From: Octopus bimaculoides
Taxonomy: Eukaryota
Assembly (NCBI RefSeq): GCF_001194135.2
Contig: NC_068996.1
Coordinates: 34,695,347 to 34,758,573, forward strand
DNA length: 63,227 bases
Direction: 5' to 3'
The number at the start of each line of letters is the position of its first letter. Position 1 is the first letter of the stretch. The notes beneath the pieces were generated by a model, which saw only the letters and a list, made by a program, of their open reading frames with translations, had not been told where the DNA came from and made no database searches. The position numbers and the translations under genes are program-made. Below are positions 12,852 to 25,850 of this stretch, piece after piece.

Positions 12852-13636
12852 GTAAATATCAGAATAGAAGCTTTGTGTTTCCATGTTAGTATAGTGGTAG
12901 TGGTTGTAATTTTCCTGGTAAGACATTAAACTGTATCTGGTAGTGAAAATCTTGATGGATAGTTTTTGGGAGTATAGAGTTATCCCATAACACTACTAGC
13001 ACTAAAGAGCATACACTACGTATGCTCTTTTATGTGGCTAGCTCTTAGATATTATGTGTGTAGACATGTCCTGATGTCACACGAATCAGTCTCTCTGCCT
13101 AAATTTTAAATAGATCCTGTGCCTCATGGATAAGCCCGAGAGAGCAACAGGAAAACACTGCTGTGTCTTTGCCAAGAAAAATCGTGAATTTTGATGATGG
13201 TGTATTGTGACTGTTATTGTATCATTGACTGGTCTTGCCTAGTGTTACATAATTCCTGTTGTAATTCCTAAACTGAGTAAGCCACAAGGTTTAATGAAGA
13301 AAATGTGATGTTTCAGTTGTTCTCAGTATTTTATTGTGATGATTTAAGAAAGGAAAAAATTAACCCATATGGTATTTTAACTTTTCGCAGTGTTAAGTCT
13401 GATCTTCTACTGTTTTAGCTATAAATTTATTGAATGTTAACAATTAGCATATCTACTAATATTGTCAAAAAAACAATCTGTGTTAAATTGTCATCCTTGC
13501 CACATTCTACTTTGGTAGAATGGCCATGTTGTTGTGAAGACATGTGAAAGAGAGATAGGAAGACGTGAGTATGCTTGTGACAAAACTTGTGTGATTTATT
13601 TCACATAAATGGTAATTTTTGTATTCAATTGTTTAG

Positions 13637-13776
13637 GGGTAAAGGTGATTATCACAGACTTGGACATGGAACTGATGATCATGTACGGAAACCTAGACGT
13701 GTATCAGCTTTACAAGGCAAGAAAGTGATTGATATTGCTTGCGGATCACTGCATTGTGTTGCCTGCACCGATACTG
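13637..13776 (+). CDS. HERC2: HERC2 exon, RLD3
   Basis: gtttag|[22 protein letters not shown]...[11 protein letters not shown]; donor G|gtaagg. Confidence 0.95.
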
Positions 13777-14429
13777 GTAAGGTGTATAAGCTTTTAATTC
13801 ATTTTGTTCTTCAACAAAAAGTGTTTACAAAAGTTAATAATTTATGACTAAATATCAAATGAAAATATTTCATGGTCAACAGTTCCAATTTCCTCACAAT
13901 ATTTGATACCTATAGGATATATCATTTCAGCTGTCTTCGAATAAAAAACTGGTTTCCCTTTAAAACCAGATAGATAGGTATTATCTTGTAACATCCAACA
14001 CCTTTTTGCACTGATAGATCACAATTCAAGCAAGAAAAATACTTTTAACACATGAATGCCCTTAGAAAACTTTACAATGCTTTAACAGTAACTTTTTGCA
14101 TGTTATTTTTGTAATACTGTGCATAATTTTATGGATACTCATGTGTAGCCATCAAAATCATAAATTTGCTCCAAAAGTATCAAAATGTAAAATGCTTCAG
14201 GCCAAACAATTCCGTTTATTTAATATTGATAGGATTTTGTGTTAGTTTCGTTTCTATGTGTATGATATAATTTCAATCTGTGTTTGTAAAATGCAGTCTC
14301 ACTTAGCCCATTTACTGAGTCTGTGTGTAATGTATTTTCTGTGTTTACTCCATTAATAGCTCATTTGCAGTTTTTTCCTATATGTTCTAAATACTAGTCA
14401 ATTTGAAAATGTTTTCTATTCATTTTCAG

Positions 14430-14525
14430 GTGAGGTCTATACATGGGGTGATAATGATGAAGGTCAGTTAGGAGATGGCACCACAAATGCTATCCAAAGA
14501 CCCAGGCTTGTCACAGCACTTCAGG
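14430..14525 (+). CDS. HERC2: HERC2 exon, RLD3
   Basis: tttcag|[32 protein letters not shown]; donor G|gtaagt. Confidence 0.95.
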
Positions 14526-14868
14526 GTAAGTTTTTTTCTTTTTTATAAATGTAATTTCTACAAGAAGTTAATACATGATTAATTCAAAACTGAGAATAAA
14601 TAAGCATTAAGTCTGAGACTTTAAAAAACATTGGGCTTTTTAAGAACCAATTTCTGTCACCTTAAAAGCACTTGAAGTAAATATCTAATATAATATTCTT
14701 TCAATGGCTTATAAACACCTTCCACGCTGCAAAAAGAAATTAGTTATTCAGTTAAGATAAATAATAGTCTTGTATTTTAGAACATGAAAATATAGTCATA
14801 GTGTGTACATATTAAAATTTGTCACATTCAAATCTCAATTATGAGGTAAATTTCAAAAGAATAGTTTT

Positions 14869-15099
14869 TTAACTCTTTTGTTACCAACCAGGCTGAAACT
14901 GGCTCTGGCTCTGTAGTACAAATGTCTTGTTTTGATAAGTTTTGAATTAAAATCTTCCACCAAACCTTAGTCACAATTTATGTTCATAACACTAGCTTAA
15001 TAATAACTAAGTTATTTTACTAACTACTTTGTTATATATAAAATTAGTTGAAAGAAACACAGAGCATCTCAAAACAAAATATGGTAATGAAAGGGTTAA
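14869..15099. mobile_element. TTAA-flanked piggyBac-like MITE
   Basis: ttaactcttttgttacc ... ggtaatgaaagggttaa. Confidence 0.6.
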
Positions 15100-15787
15100 G
15101 GAGTTGTGTTGATGGGATTAAAATGCTTTCTTTGCAAAGAGTCATCATTTAGCATTTGTTTTCCATCCTGACATGTGTTGAATGGTTTGGAAAAGTACAA
15201 GTTATAGAGCTGTGTCAGGGCTCAATGTCAGCTTTAGCATAGTTTCTACATCTGTATGCATTTCCTAACATCACTTTACAATGTGTAGAGGGTGCTTTTT
15301 TGTGACACCAGTGAGGGAGATCGCTAAGACTTGCAAGACAAAGAAAAGAAAAGAAAAAAACTTTTTGACTGACTAGGATTATATTTGAGAGTGGGGGGGG
15401 GGGCTTTATACAAGGTGTTGGAGGTTAAAATACAGAAAATATGTCAAGCATTACACTTAGCATAATGTTGCATTGAAGAGCGTTTATTGGAAAGCTAAGT
15501 TAATAAGATACTGGGTGCATTTTGACATGTAAAAAGCACTTAGCCCGCTCGACGGGTTAGTTGGTGTTTGGACCTTGCCAAAACACTTAGGAGTCTGGTG
15601 TAGTCTTCTACCTGGCCAGCTCCTGTCAAACTGTCCAACCCATGCTATCATAGAAGAGAGACATTAAACAATGATGATAATGATCTCTGGCATACTCTAA
15701 AGTGATTATTCTTCCCTGACAGATACTAAACCCCAAATGTCAACCATTGACTGCATTTACTACATATGGTCTGTCATCTATTAGGAT

Positions 15788-16125
15788 CAGTAGTTCTCAA
15801 CCATTTGATTCCTATTTTATTCTGATGGACCCCCATAACCTTTTTTGATGTTTAAAAACTAGTTTTATAGATACTTCTTTCAAAATTTGTATTTTGTTTC
15901 TCACCCATTTATTTGTGTAGGTTTGCAATAGCACTTGCTAAGAGATGGGAAACATGTTTAACTATATAAAAGGTTAAAGAACCCTAGCAGTTTCTTAAAT
16001 ACATCTGAAGCAAAATTGTTTTCATGGACCCTTAAACTACTAACATGGATCTCTAATTTACAAATTTGCATGCATGGACACCTGCCTCCTCCAGATCTTA
16101 TATGCACTCCAGTTAAGAGCCACTG
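15788..16125. mobile_element. hAT (Charlie-like) MITE
   Basis: TIRs cagtagttctcaacc / agttaagagccactg; degenerate 8-bp TSD (attaggat / gtttagat). Confidence 0.65.
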
Positions 16126-16446
16126 GTTTAGATAATCATTTGATTTCAACAATCTACACCAATCATTTAACTGTTATTTGCTGTCAAGAAGAAAATTAAT
16201 GTGCTACTAGATTATTTCACAATTTCTCTGAATTTCTGGATATAAGTTTTAAAAATTACATTATAAAGAAGAGACTATACATTGTCAATAATTGGGCAAA
16301 TATGGTGTAGGACAAATATTTCACAATGTCATCACCATAATACATACTGTTTTAATTTTTGTAATATGTAAAGGTAAAATGTTTGATATTTGCTCAAGGA
16401 TCATTACATTATGTTTTTAATGATAACATTTTTTTTCCAACTATAG

Positions 16447-16739
16447 GTACAAAAATAAACAGAGTTGCATGTGGGTCTGCACATAGTTTAGCTTGGTCTA
16501 CCAACAAACCAATCAGTGCTGGGAAGTTGCCTTCAGTCATACCATTAGAATATAATCACCTCCAGTCCATTGAAATCCCTGTTCTTCGAAACAGACTTGT
16601 ATTGCTTCATCACTTCTCAGATCTATTTTGTCCGTCGATACCAATGTTTGATCTCCAGGAAGGTGGATCCGAATGCAGTAGAGGAGAGGTTCTAACTAAT
16701 CTAAACGCTCTTCGTGGAGTTTTAGTTTCTGCTTCAAAG
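16447..16739 (+). CDS. HERC2: HERC2 exon, end of RLD3 and linker
   Basis: ctatag|GTKINRVACGSAHSLAWST...LRNRLVLLHHFSDLFCP...VSASK; donor AAG|gtaaac. Confidence 0.95.
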
Positions 16740-17108
16740 GTAAACTTTTTCTTTTTTCTTTAGTGTAAAATATTGCTGTGTTACACTATCTTTGTTTTCA
16801 TACCATTAATTCTTTTTTAATTAATTATGAGATATTGGTTAATTATGCATTAATGGTGGGGGAGGGGGTTATGCATATGAGCTACTCCATTGTTCGGTGT
16901 TAGCAATTTAAGTAAGTGACAAATGAATTTGTTATCTTCATAATTGGACTGCCTGCAAATTACTTCCTAAATGAAATTATATCTTTTTATTTTAGTGAAA
17001 ACATGATTGTTATTTTCAGTTTCCATAATTTCTTTCTTAGATTTGTGTGTTGTTCTATCAGCAGTAACTTGAATTCAATGTCCTTTTGTAAATTTTCTTT
17101 TACTGTAG

Positions 17109-17192
17109 GAAGCTTCTTTCCGGAAAGTTGTGCAAGCGACAGCAGTCAGAGATCGACAACATGGACCAGTTGTAGAACTAAACAGAATTCAA
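17109..17192 (+). CDS. HERC2: HERC2 exon, linker
   Basis: ctgtag|[28 protein letters not shown]|gtaagt. Confidence 0.95.
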
Positions 17193-17521
17193 GTAAGTCT
17201 GACTTTTGATAATGTTTCTTTATCAATGGAAATGTATTTTTGTTACTTCAACCTCATGTAACCACTGACCTTAGACCCCCCCCCCTCCAGGAACTTCCAT
17301 TTTTCTTTCCTGTGCCTTGGTTTAATATATAATCTATTATAAATCATCCCTATGTCCTTTCTAAAAACTCTGGTGCCATCTCTATATTAAAATCTCATGT
17401 TGTATGACTGGAGGAAAAAAATATCGATGCTATAGACATTTTAAAAAGGCATAGGTTTCAAAACTTCCTTTTTCTCCTTAAATCTATATCAGTTAATTTG
17501 AGCACATATTTATTATTATAG

Positions 17522-17663
17522 GTAAAAAGATCTCGAAGTCGTGGTGGGCTTGCTGGGCCTGATGGTACTAAATCAGTATTTGGACAGATGGCTGCAAAGA
17601 TGAGTGTTTTTGGTCCTGATAGCTTAATGCTACCACACCGAGTATGGAAAGTTAAATTTGTTG
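17522..17663 (+). CDS. HERC2: HERC2 exon, HECT N-terminal region
   Basis: ttatag|[27 protein letters not shown]...HRVWKVKFV; donor G|gtaaga. Confidence 0.95.
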
Positions 17664-18192
17664 GTAAGATTTCAATTGATATTCTTTTAAATCGTAACAT
17701 TTTCATATAAACATGTCCTGAATCTATATATTTCAGATATAATGGCTGCATAATTTCTTTGAAACTTGTATAGTTTTGAAGAACATAAATTTTTATAGAA
17801 CTTTCTAAAGATTGTGTTGCCCTCAGATTTGTCTTTTTTTTCAATGAAAACTCTATTTAATTCTTTCATTGCTGTATTTCTGTTGAAATTTGGTGTTTGT
17901 TTCAATTAAGTTGGAAAAGAATTTATTAACTTTTATCATTATTAACCTGGTGCTTTGAACATAATTTAACATGAAATTTTGATGGAAAGTTTTTAATTAA
18001 GATCATTAAGATAACTGGGTTTATATCATAGCACTAAGGACAATTTCATGCAGCTTGTTATCAAAATGGTTTCAGCCATAAACTACATCTTTTTTGCTGA
18101 AATATTTCTTTTCCTAGCAGGCTGTGTATTTTGTTTTTTATGTTTTATAATCTCATGTCATCTTAAAAAAACAATTCTCAATGTTATTTCAG

Positions 18193-18387
18193 GTGAAAGT
18201 GTCGACGATTGTGGAGGAGGATATAGTGAGTCAATTGCTGAAATGTGTGATGAACTTCAAAATGGCTCACTTTCATTACTCATTGTAACACCAAATGGCC
18301 GAGATGAGTCTGGAGCAAATCGTGACTGCTTTTTATTAAATCCAATGTTGAAATCGCCACTTCATCAAAACATGTTTAGATATTTAG
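18193..18387 (+). CDS. HERC2: HERC2 exon, HECT
   Basis: tttcag|[25 protein letters not shown]...[11 protein letters not shown]...MFRYL; donor G|gtaacc. Confidence 0.95.
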
Positions 18388-20221
18388 GTAACCAATTTTA
18401 CTAAACATTATCTTTATGTATCTAGTGACATTCTTTTAGTTTCAACACTGTTAAAATATAGGTATATATATTATAATAAGATTGTGAATGTTTTATAGCC
18501 TGGTGTTAGATATATAATTTAACAAAGCAGAAGGAAAGAAAGTATTTACATGATGCAATACAATTACTATTACACGAAACTCAACGCTCTCAATCAATGG
18601 CTCACAGTGTACTTCTTACCCGAATTGTTCACAGTACTTCATTTTATAGTATTGTGTCAGTCCATTTTTAGTCACTTGTAGGTGGACAGAATCCTTTCAC
18701 AACAGTATGTAATGCATAATTTATATTAGGAATGGTTGTTTGGTTAAGTACTCTTCTAAAACATGGTTTTGGGTTTGGTCTCTTGCTGCATAATAACTTT
18801 TGACTAGTCGACATGCATGTCTGCTTGCATGTTGACCTCTGCTATGTGAGTGAAATTTGGTTGGCAGAAACGTTAGCACGCCGTGCGAAATGCTTAGCGG
18901 TATTTTGTCTACCACTGCATCCTGAATTCAAATTCCGCCAAGGTTGATTTTGCCTTTCATCCTTTCGGGGTCAATAAATTAAGTAGCAGTTATGCACTGG
19001 GGTCGATGTAATCGACTTAATCCCTTGTTTGTCCCCTCTATGTTTAGCCCCTTGTGAGCAGTAAAGAAATAAGAAACTGTAGAGGAGAGTGTCATATACA
19101 CAAGAAACACACACACCGTGTGGTTGAGAAGCTTGCTTCACAATGATGTGTCCTTAGGTTCAGTCCCATTGTATGACACCTTGAGCAAGTGTCTTCTATA
19201 GTCTCAGGCCAACTAAAGCCTTGTGAGTAGATTTGGTACACAAACTGAAAAAAAGCCTGTAGGGTGTATGTGTGTCCTTGTATTATATTTGTCCCCCCTG
19301 CACTGCTTGACAATGGTGCTGGTTTGTTTGCATCCCCATAACTTAGTGGTTTGGCAAAAAGACCAATAGAATAAAGTAACAGGCTCTAAACAAGAAAAAA
19401 AAAAACTGGGGTCAGTTTGTTCAACTAAATTCTTTGAGGTGGTACCCCAGAATGATTGCTGTCCAGTAACTGAAACAAAAAATATAAACTGTGTGTGTGT
19501 TTATATCTGTGCATGTCTTCACTCCAATGCTGTTCCCTTAGCATTGTTAGTTCTTTTGTCCCACATGAAGAAGTCAGGCAGCTCAAGTCATGGAATACCT
19601 TACTCGACAAATGCGTCAGGAAAAGACTCAGCAGAGTCTCATTCCAGCTCATACCAGTAGAGAGAAAGCAGACATAATGTGATAATAGTTTTTAAATTTA
19701 GCATAAGACCTGAAATTTGTGGGGAGAAAAGATAATTAAATCAATTATAGTATTTTACTCACTGGTATTCTTTATTGACCCTTGGAAGCATGGTAGGCAT
19801 TCCTGCTATAGTGAGAACAGGTTAAACATCGTCTCTGTCAGATTCCCAGTAAAGGGGTAATGAACAACACATAGAAAAAGAAGATGCGGCCGATTCTGTC
19901 CATTGGTTTGTCTGCAATCATTACTTTTGAGTTGTATATGCAACTGTATATTTTTATTTTGCTCAGGGGCCCAGATGGAGGATAAAGTTAGACATAGGCA
20001 ACTGGGTCTAAGAGTGTTAAACCTTAGCAGGATTTGAACTTAGAATATAAAAAGCCAGAACAAATACTGCAAGTCATTTTGTCCACCTACAAATAATGAT
20101 AATAAAGGATAGCTATTGGTATCTAGAAAATACAAAATGCATGATTAAACTTCAATTTTAGTCTGATTTGTAATTATGATAGTAGCAACAATAACTATGC
20201 ATTTATATATTTACTTTCAAG

Positions 20222-20356
20222 GAATGCTGATGGGTATTGCAATTCGAACTGGAAGTCCACTTAGCCTTAATATAGCGGAACCTGTTTGGAAACAACTTGC
20301 AGGGATGCCTCTGACAATAAGTGATTTGACTGAGGTTGATAAAGATTTTGTTCCTG
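20222..20356 (+). CDS. HERC2: HERC2 exon, HECT
   Basis: ttcaag|GMLMGIAIRTGSPLSLNIAEPVWKQLAG...DKDFVP; donor G|gtacgt. Confidence 0.95.
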
Positions 20357-20467
20357 GTACGTTTACTTTTTTTTTTTTTTTTTTTTTTTTGTTAATCAGA
20401 CTATTAATACTTGGTAAGATATACTCTCATACACAATGCTTTTTCTTTTTACTCTGTTTTATTATAG

Positions 20468-20627
20468 GATTAATGTGTATCAAGGAAATGCTCAATGCAG
20501 ATCTAAGAAATGCTGACATGCCATTTAGCGTCCCCAGTGCTTCTGGTCAGGAAATGCAATTATCTATGAAATATCGTATCACTCCCGAAAACAGATCAGA
20601 GTACATTAAATCAGCAATGAACTATCG
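20468..20627 (+). CDS. HERC2: HERC2 exon, HECT
   Basis: ttatag|GLMCIKEM...MPFSVPSASGQEMQLS...NRSEYIKSAMNYR; donor CG|gtaacg. Confidence 0.93.
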
Positions 20628-20670
20628 GTAACGTTATAGAATAGTTTTTAATATAATCAATTCTGCTTTG

Positions 20671-20877
20671 TTAACCCTTCAGCATCCAGATTACTCTGTC
20701 AAATGTGATGCTTATTTATTCTCATTGTTTAGAAGTAATTGTGCATTATCATTAAGATTTTGATGATCTGGTTTCTTATAGAATCACATTGTAGGGTAAA
20801 TGTGAGAGGTTGGATCTGGCCAGTTTGAACATAAAACAAGCAGAATATTATGGCCAGTTTAAATGCTAAAGGGTTAA
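20671..20877 (+). mobile_element. TTAA-flanked piggyBac-like MITE, second family
   Basis: ttaacccttcagcat ... atgctaaagggttaa; related copies at 48101-48328 (same orientation), 30003-30166 and about 38934-39150 (opposite orientation). Confidence 0.7.
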
Positions 20878-21240
20878 ACGAGTAGGGTATGTGCTTATAA
20901 CTTTTTTTTTTCTTTTTTTTTGTGTCCACATTGAAAATTTTAACTCTTTTGTAATCATGTAAGACAACATACATGTAGGATGTATGTGTGCATCAGTATT
21001 TAGAGATTTAACTCTTTTTTTTTTGTACAGGGTGTCTCATTGATTGGATACATTCATTTGTACTTCACAAGATAGGGAGTACTCATCCAAGCTTGTTCAA
21101 TCCAATTTAAAATGTGAACCATCATTACAAGACACTTGTAATAATCATTTTATTATTAAACAAAATATGTAAATTGTTAAAATATATAAGCCTCTTGTGT
21201 TATACACTTAAAGACCAGCTAGCTTCTCATTCTTAAACAG

Positions 21241-21346
21241 GTTGCATGAGTTTGATGACCAAATAAGATGGGTGCGAGAAGGCATGGCCAAAGTTATACC
21301 AGTACCATTATTGTCACTTTTCACTGGATTTGAGCTAGAAACTATG
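21241..21346 (+). CDS. HERC2: HERC2 exon, HECT
   Basis: aaacag|[35 protein letters not shown]|gtaagt. Confidence 0.95.
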
Positions 21347-23057
21347 GTAAGTACTTTTAATTTTAAATGTACTAATTACATTGTATAGTTAATTTTGTTC
21401 AATAAAGTTAAAATACTTAATTTTTTTTTAAATGTAGAAGCTAATTATTTTAACTATCTTTCATTCATATTAAATTTTTTTTTTTTTTTGAAGTTATTAC
21501 CTCAGTAGTATATTACATAATCCATTCTAGCATAGAAAAGATTTTGTAAGTAATGACTAAATGAAAACTTAGAAAATATGTTAAGTGAAATAACTTCAGT
21601 AAATTTTTATATTTGTATTTCCTATGCTGTTAATATATTCTTCATTTCAGCGTTTTTTATTTTTTTTTATTTTTTATACTTTGAAAGTGTACTCAGTTGT
21701 TCTCTAAAATGCTCGGTATAACAGCAAAAATTGCTCAGAACACAAATTTCAAATTGCAATACTGTGTTATTGCAAAAAATGTTACTCTCAAAACTGTGTT
21801 CTAAAATTTAGCATATATCAAATAAAGAGTTTAATGCAAGGAATGTTCAAAATTTTATTTTTAAATACCCTGTTTTTATTTCTAAAAAAAATACCTTTGA
21901 AAGAAGTTTACTAAAAGACATTCATTCTGTAGAAAAAGGCTTGTGTGGTGCATGTCCATAGGGATCTTGTATTGTAGAAGCTCTGATCATCAAAGTGTCT
22001 TTTTCTATTTTTAACCTTCCTGAAAAGATTCTATAGAACTGTACTTCAGTGTATAAATATGGAAGTTAAGAAAACATTTTGCATTATGGAATTACCTCAT
22101 TTTGGCAAAGCTAACGGTGATGCAACCATTCTGCATTGCTAAGGTCTATAGAATTTGTATGTTTTTTATACATGATTTTATTCATTTCCATAACATTAAA
22201 GAAATTGGATCAAAGTGCCCTGTCTAAGAAACAAAGCAATACTTTTAGATCTATTTCTCAAAACACAAAGCAGATTTCCATGGTTGGTTAATATAATTCA
22301 TATTTTCTGCTCAGTATCAATCAAGTGTAATTGACAAAAGATAACATTGCCTGATACTGAAAAATGAGTTGAATATATTTTAATCTCTTCATGTAGCATG
22401 CCCATATAAAGATACAACACTGGCTCCTTGTTACTTTCCATTAGTTTATACAGGGCCTATTTAACTCTGAACCAGGAGAACCAGTTCACATAACATCAGA
22501 GCATGTTCACACCCAGGTGGGTCTGTGAAATATATGTGTAAGGGCCAGCTCAACTGTGGGTCTTGTATACCTTAGCAGCTGCAAGACTATATTCTGCTAC
22601 TTCACCCATAACTGGAACCTTTGTCAGTTACTACTACTCAGGAGTAGTGCTTACTGAAAGATAACTCTCTACTCTTGAAATCTTGTGTTACAACCTCACC
22701 ATGTTTTGTCCAAATGAAATATATTAATAATGTTGTAGATTGATTGGATGAAAATAACTATATCCCTCTATATTTAAATATCACCAGAGTTGGCTATTTG
22801 CTTTTACCCTCCTCTACTACATAAAATAATAGAGATAGCAATTCCTTTCCTCCCTTCTAATGCCTTACAGTTGATGAATGAAAGATGTAGGGAAGGGTGA
22901 CAATTAAACATTTCTTTCTACTGGATGAATGTCAAATTGTTTTCTTTGGACTAAGAAATACTATTATTTGGTTATTTCTAAATTGTTTTCTAAATGACTA
23001 TTATTATTTGAAAATTTCTAAAGCATTCCTTGCCATTGCTCTTTGGTAACCAAGTGG

Positions 23058-23360
23058 TTACCAACTTAAAATTTGTTACCTCTAAAATGCCTCCTCCAGC
23101 ATACGGTTGGGTCAGTTTTGTTTTTTCATATTGAAATATCTCTTCAGCTCATTAGTGTTAATTATTTATATTTTATATTTAAAATATTTATAATTAACAT
23201 GTGCTGCATTTAAAGTTGTATACCAACTTAAAATTTGTTACCTCTAAAATGCCTTCTTTAGCATTGGTTGGGTTAGTTTCAGTTTTTTTTTTTTTTCATG
23301 TTGAAATAACTGGTATATTTTATAATTAAGACATTTATAATCAACATGTGCTGCCTTTAT
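23058..23360. repeat. About 160-bp tandem duplication
   Basis: taccaacttaaaatttgttacctctaaaatgcc...aacatgtgctgc appears twice. Confidence 0.85.
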
Positions 23361-23584
23361 TTGTGAGTAATTAATTAATTTTTCCTTTATTAGAACTGTT
23401 ATGGTGTAGACTATTTCTCTTCAGTAATTCAAGTTCAGGTGTTTATAATTAATATCTACAAGGGTTAAATTTATAATTCTTCTGAAAGAATTTATGGATG
23501 TAGAAAAAAAAATGAAATAAAAAAATAAACACTTAATAAATTAATAGTCATGTGTCACATAATTCTTATGTTATTGATGTTTGT

Positions 23585-23697
23585 GACTTGATGTTAGAAG
23601 TCATTACAAACTCAACAACCAGTTACTGCATATCTTAACAGTCGACTTGATGTTAGTCATTACAAACTCAACAACCGGTCATTCTGTATCTTAATAG
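23585..23697. repeat. About 59-bp tandem duplication
   Basis: gacttgatgttag(aa)gtcattacaaactcaacaacc appears twice. Confidence 0.85.
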
Positions 23698-24453
23698 TAG
23701 ATTGGGCTAATTACTGAATTTGAGTCTTCAGTATCTGATCTTGTATTATAACCTCTTCTTTTAAGCCAGAACTCTAGGACACTTATTTATCTAAATGAAA
23801 GTCATTTAACTTCAAATTTGTGTGTGTGTTTTGTCATAAGACTCACACAAACAAATCTCCTGAAAAACACACTTTGAGAAAAAAAAATCCTGCAGCAGCT
23901 AGATTTTTAAATTTTTTATTTGCCTTGAATTGTTTCATCTGTGGTGATAAATGTATATTTATCCAGTGTTATTCATCTGCAGAGCATCAACAAAATAGGC
24001 AGATTCTACTTATTTTTAATCAGTCTATAGCCAATGTTTTGCCTAATATCATATACAGAAGTTTCACAATTATCTGATTGTTCCAAGTAGCAATACTGAA
24101 GATGTAAAATGGTGGTAACTGGCACTGTAAGAATTAGTAGAACTGAAATTATTTATTATTTAGCCTGAGAACAAGGATGATGGCATTGCTATTTGCTAGT
24201 AGTAGGAGAGGTGGAGTACCTAATGTCAGTGGAGTCTAAGTATGTGATACTTTCAGAAAAGAGGTTTACTTTTGGTGTAGCCTGGATAGAAGAAACAATT
24301 TAGAAGATGGGGATGAGGGATATCATCCAGAATTTTTTTTTTTTTATCTAAGTTTACTGAAGAGATTGGTTTATTACCACAACATATTTGTTGCATTCTT
24401 TAGGGAGATTTAACCAAAGGCAAGCAAAAGAGGGAGAAAAAGATGTATAAATT

Positions 24454-24548
24454 GCATGCACAGTCATCTGACTTAACTCCTGCAAGGCTAATCAAAACAC
24501 ATCCTCGGGAGAGAAGTGAGATGGCGTGCATTAGCTTTCGAAACTTCA
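24454..24548 (+). ncRNA. Intronic long hairpin, copy 1 (possible pre-miRNA or ribozyme remnant)
   Basis: tgcacagtcatctgacttaactcc pairs with ggagagaagtgagatggcgtgca; paralogous to 25745-25850. Confidence 0.4.
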
Positions 24549-24894
24549 ACATGGATAATCAACTTTGAACAATTTTGTTATTCTTTTCTACTGAGTCCCT
24601 CCTTATGAGCTATGTTACTTCCCCATCACGTATCAATTAAAGCATGCAGATAGTTACTAATTAATTAGCATTCAAATATTTTTCAAACTCTTTTTAATCA
24701 CTGGACATTCTGTGTATAGTAAAAGATTAGGGTTAAAATTAATTTATGCTTGTGCAAAATGGGCTAAAACTTAACAAGGAAGCCTCTATGTACTTGCCTT
24801 CCTAAAAGTAGTGATCGGATTACACCCTACCATCTTAGAAGGGAGAAAATATATTGGTCTTTGATACCTCTCCCAAAAATAAAGATGGACTGGG

Positions 24895-24942
<48 letters not shown>

Positions 24943-25744
24943 GTAGAAGGTCAATATCTATGACCTTTTTTTCAGGACCGCTGTAGATGTCAATCCAGAG
25001 GCCTGGTCTTTAATGCTTTTCAGCTGAATGAACCTCACCAAAGACACAGCTGAGTTGTGGCATTAAACTAAGCACCAAATTAAATCTGTCCAATTCCAAT
25101 GGCATAGTGTTTGGTTAGCTGATGCTTGCAGCTACCTGTCTTTAGCGTTGCACACTATGACTACAAGTCTACTTGCATCTAAGTAATAAACTTATGCCAT
25201 TATTCTGAAGTATTTCTAGTAGGTTCTGCAATAAATACATTCATAAATTTTCTGACAGTTTAAGCATTGAGATTACTCCATCAAATGTAATATTTTTTTA
25301 TTTACATTGTTTAGAATTATGGATTATCTTGTCGTTTTGAGATTTCAATGATAGCTCAAAGCTGCTAGATAATGTGGGATTGATTTAAAAGAATGTGAAT
25401 AAATTAGTATTTACATTTGACAAAGTAATCTAAGTGCTAAGGTGTTGTCTTATAGCTACATAAGTCCAATTAATAATACACAAATAAGAAAAATCTATCC
25501 ACCAATGCAGTGATGAGCATTCATTCTCATTGTCTGACATTTACACACACACACACACATACACACACATATATATATCTATAATAACTTTAGCCTGTGA
25601 TGGGGTTGAATTAAAATTTAGATAATTAGGTACTCTCCACCCCTTACCCTGCCTTGGTACAGTTTCTATTAATTGTTCAAGCATCTTTTGCATGAATTTA
25701 TGAAGAATGTCATTGGCTAGGAACAACATAGGACAATGTTACTA

Positions 25745-25850
25745 GCATGCACGACCATCTGACTTGTCTCCTGCTGAGCACAATCTGCATATCCTCGGGA
25801 GACAAGTGAGATGTCGTGCATTAGCTGATGAGACTACAGTCCTGATGGAA
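25745..25850 (+). ncRNA. Intronic long hairpin, copy 2 (possible pre-miRNA or ribozyme remnant)
   Basis: tgcacgaccatctgacttgtctcc pairs with ggagacaagtgagatgtcgtgca (about 22 bp, one bulge, one G-G); followed by CTGATGA-GAC-TACA-GTC. Confidence 0.42.
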
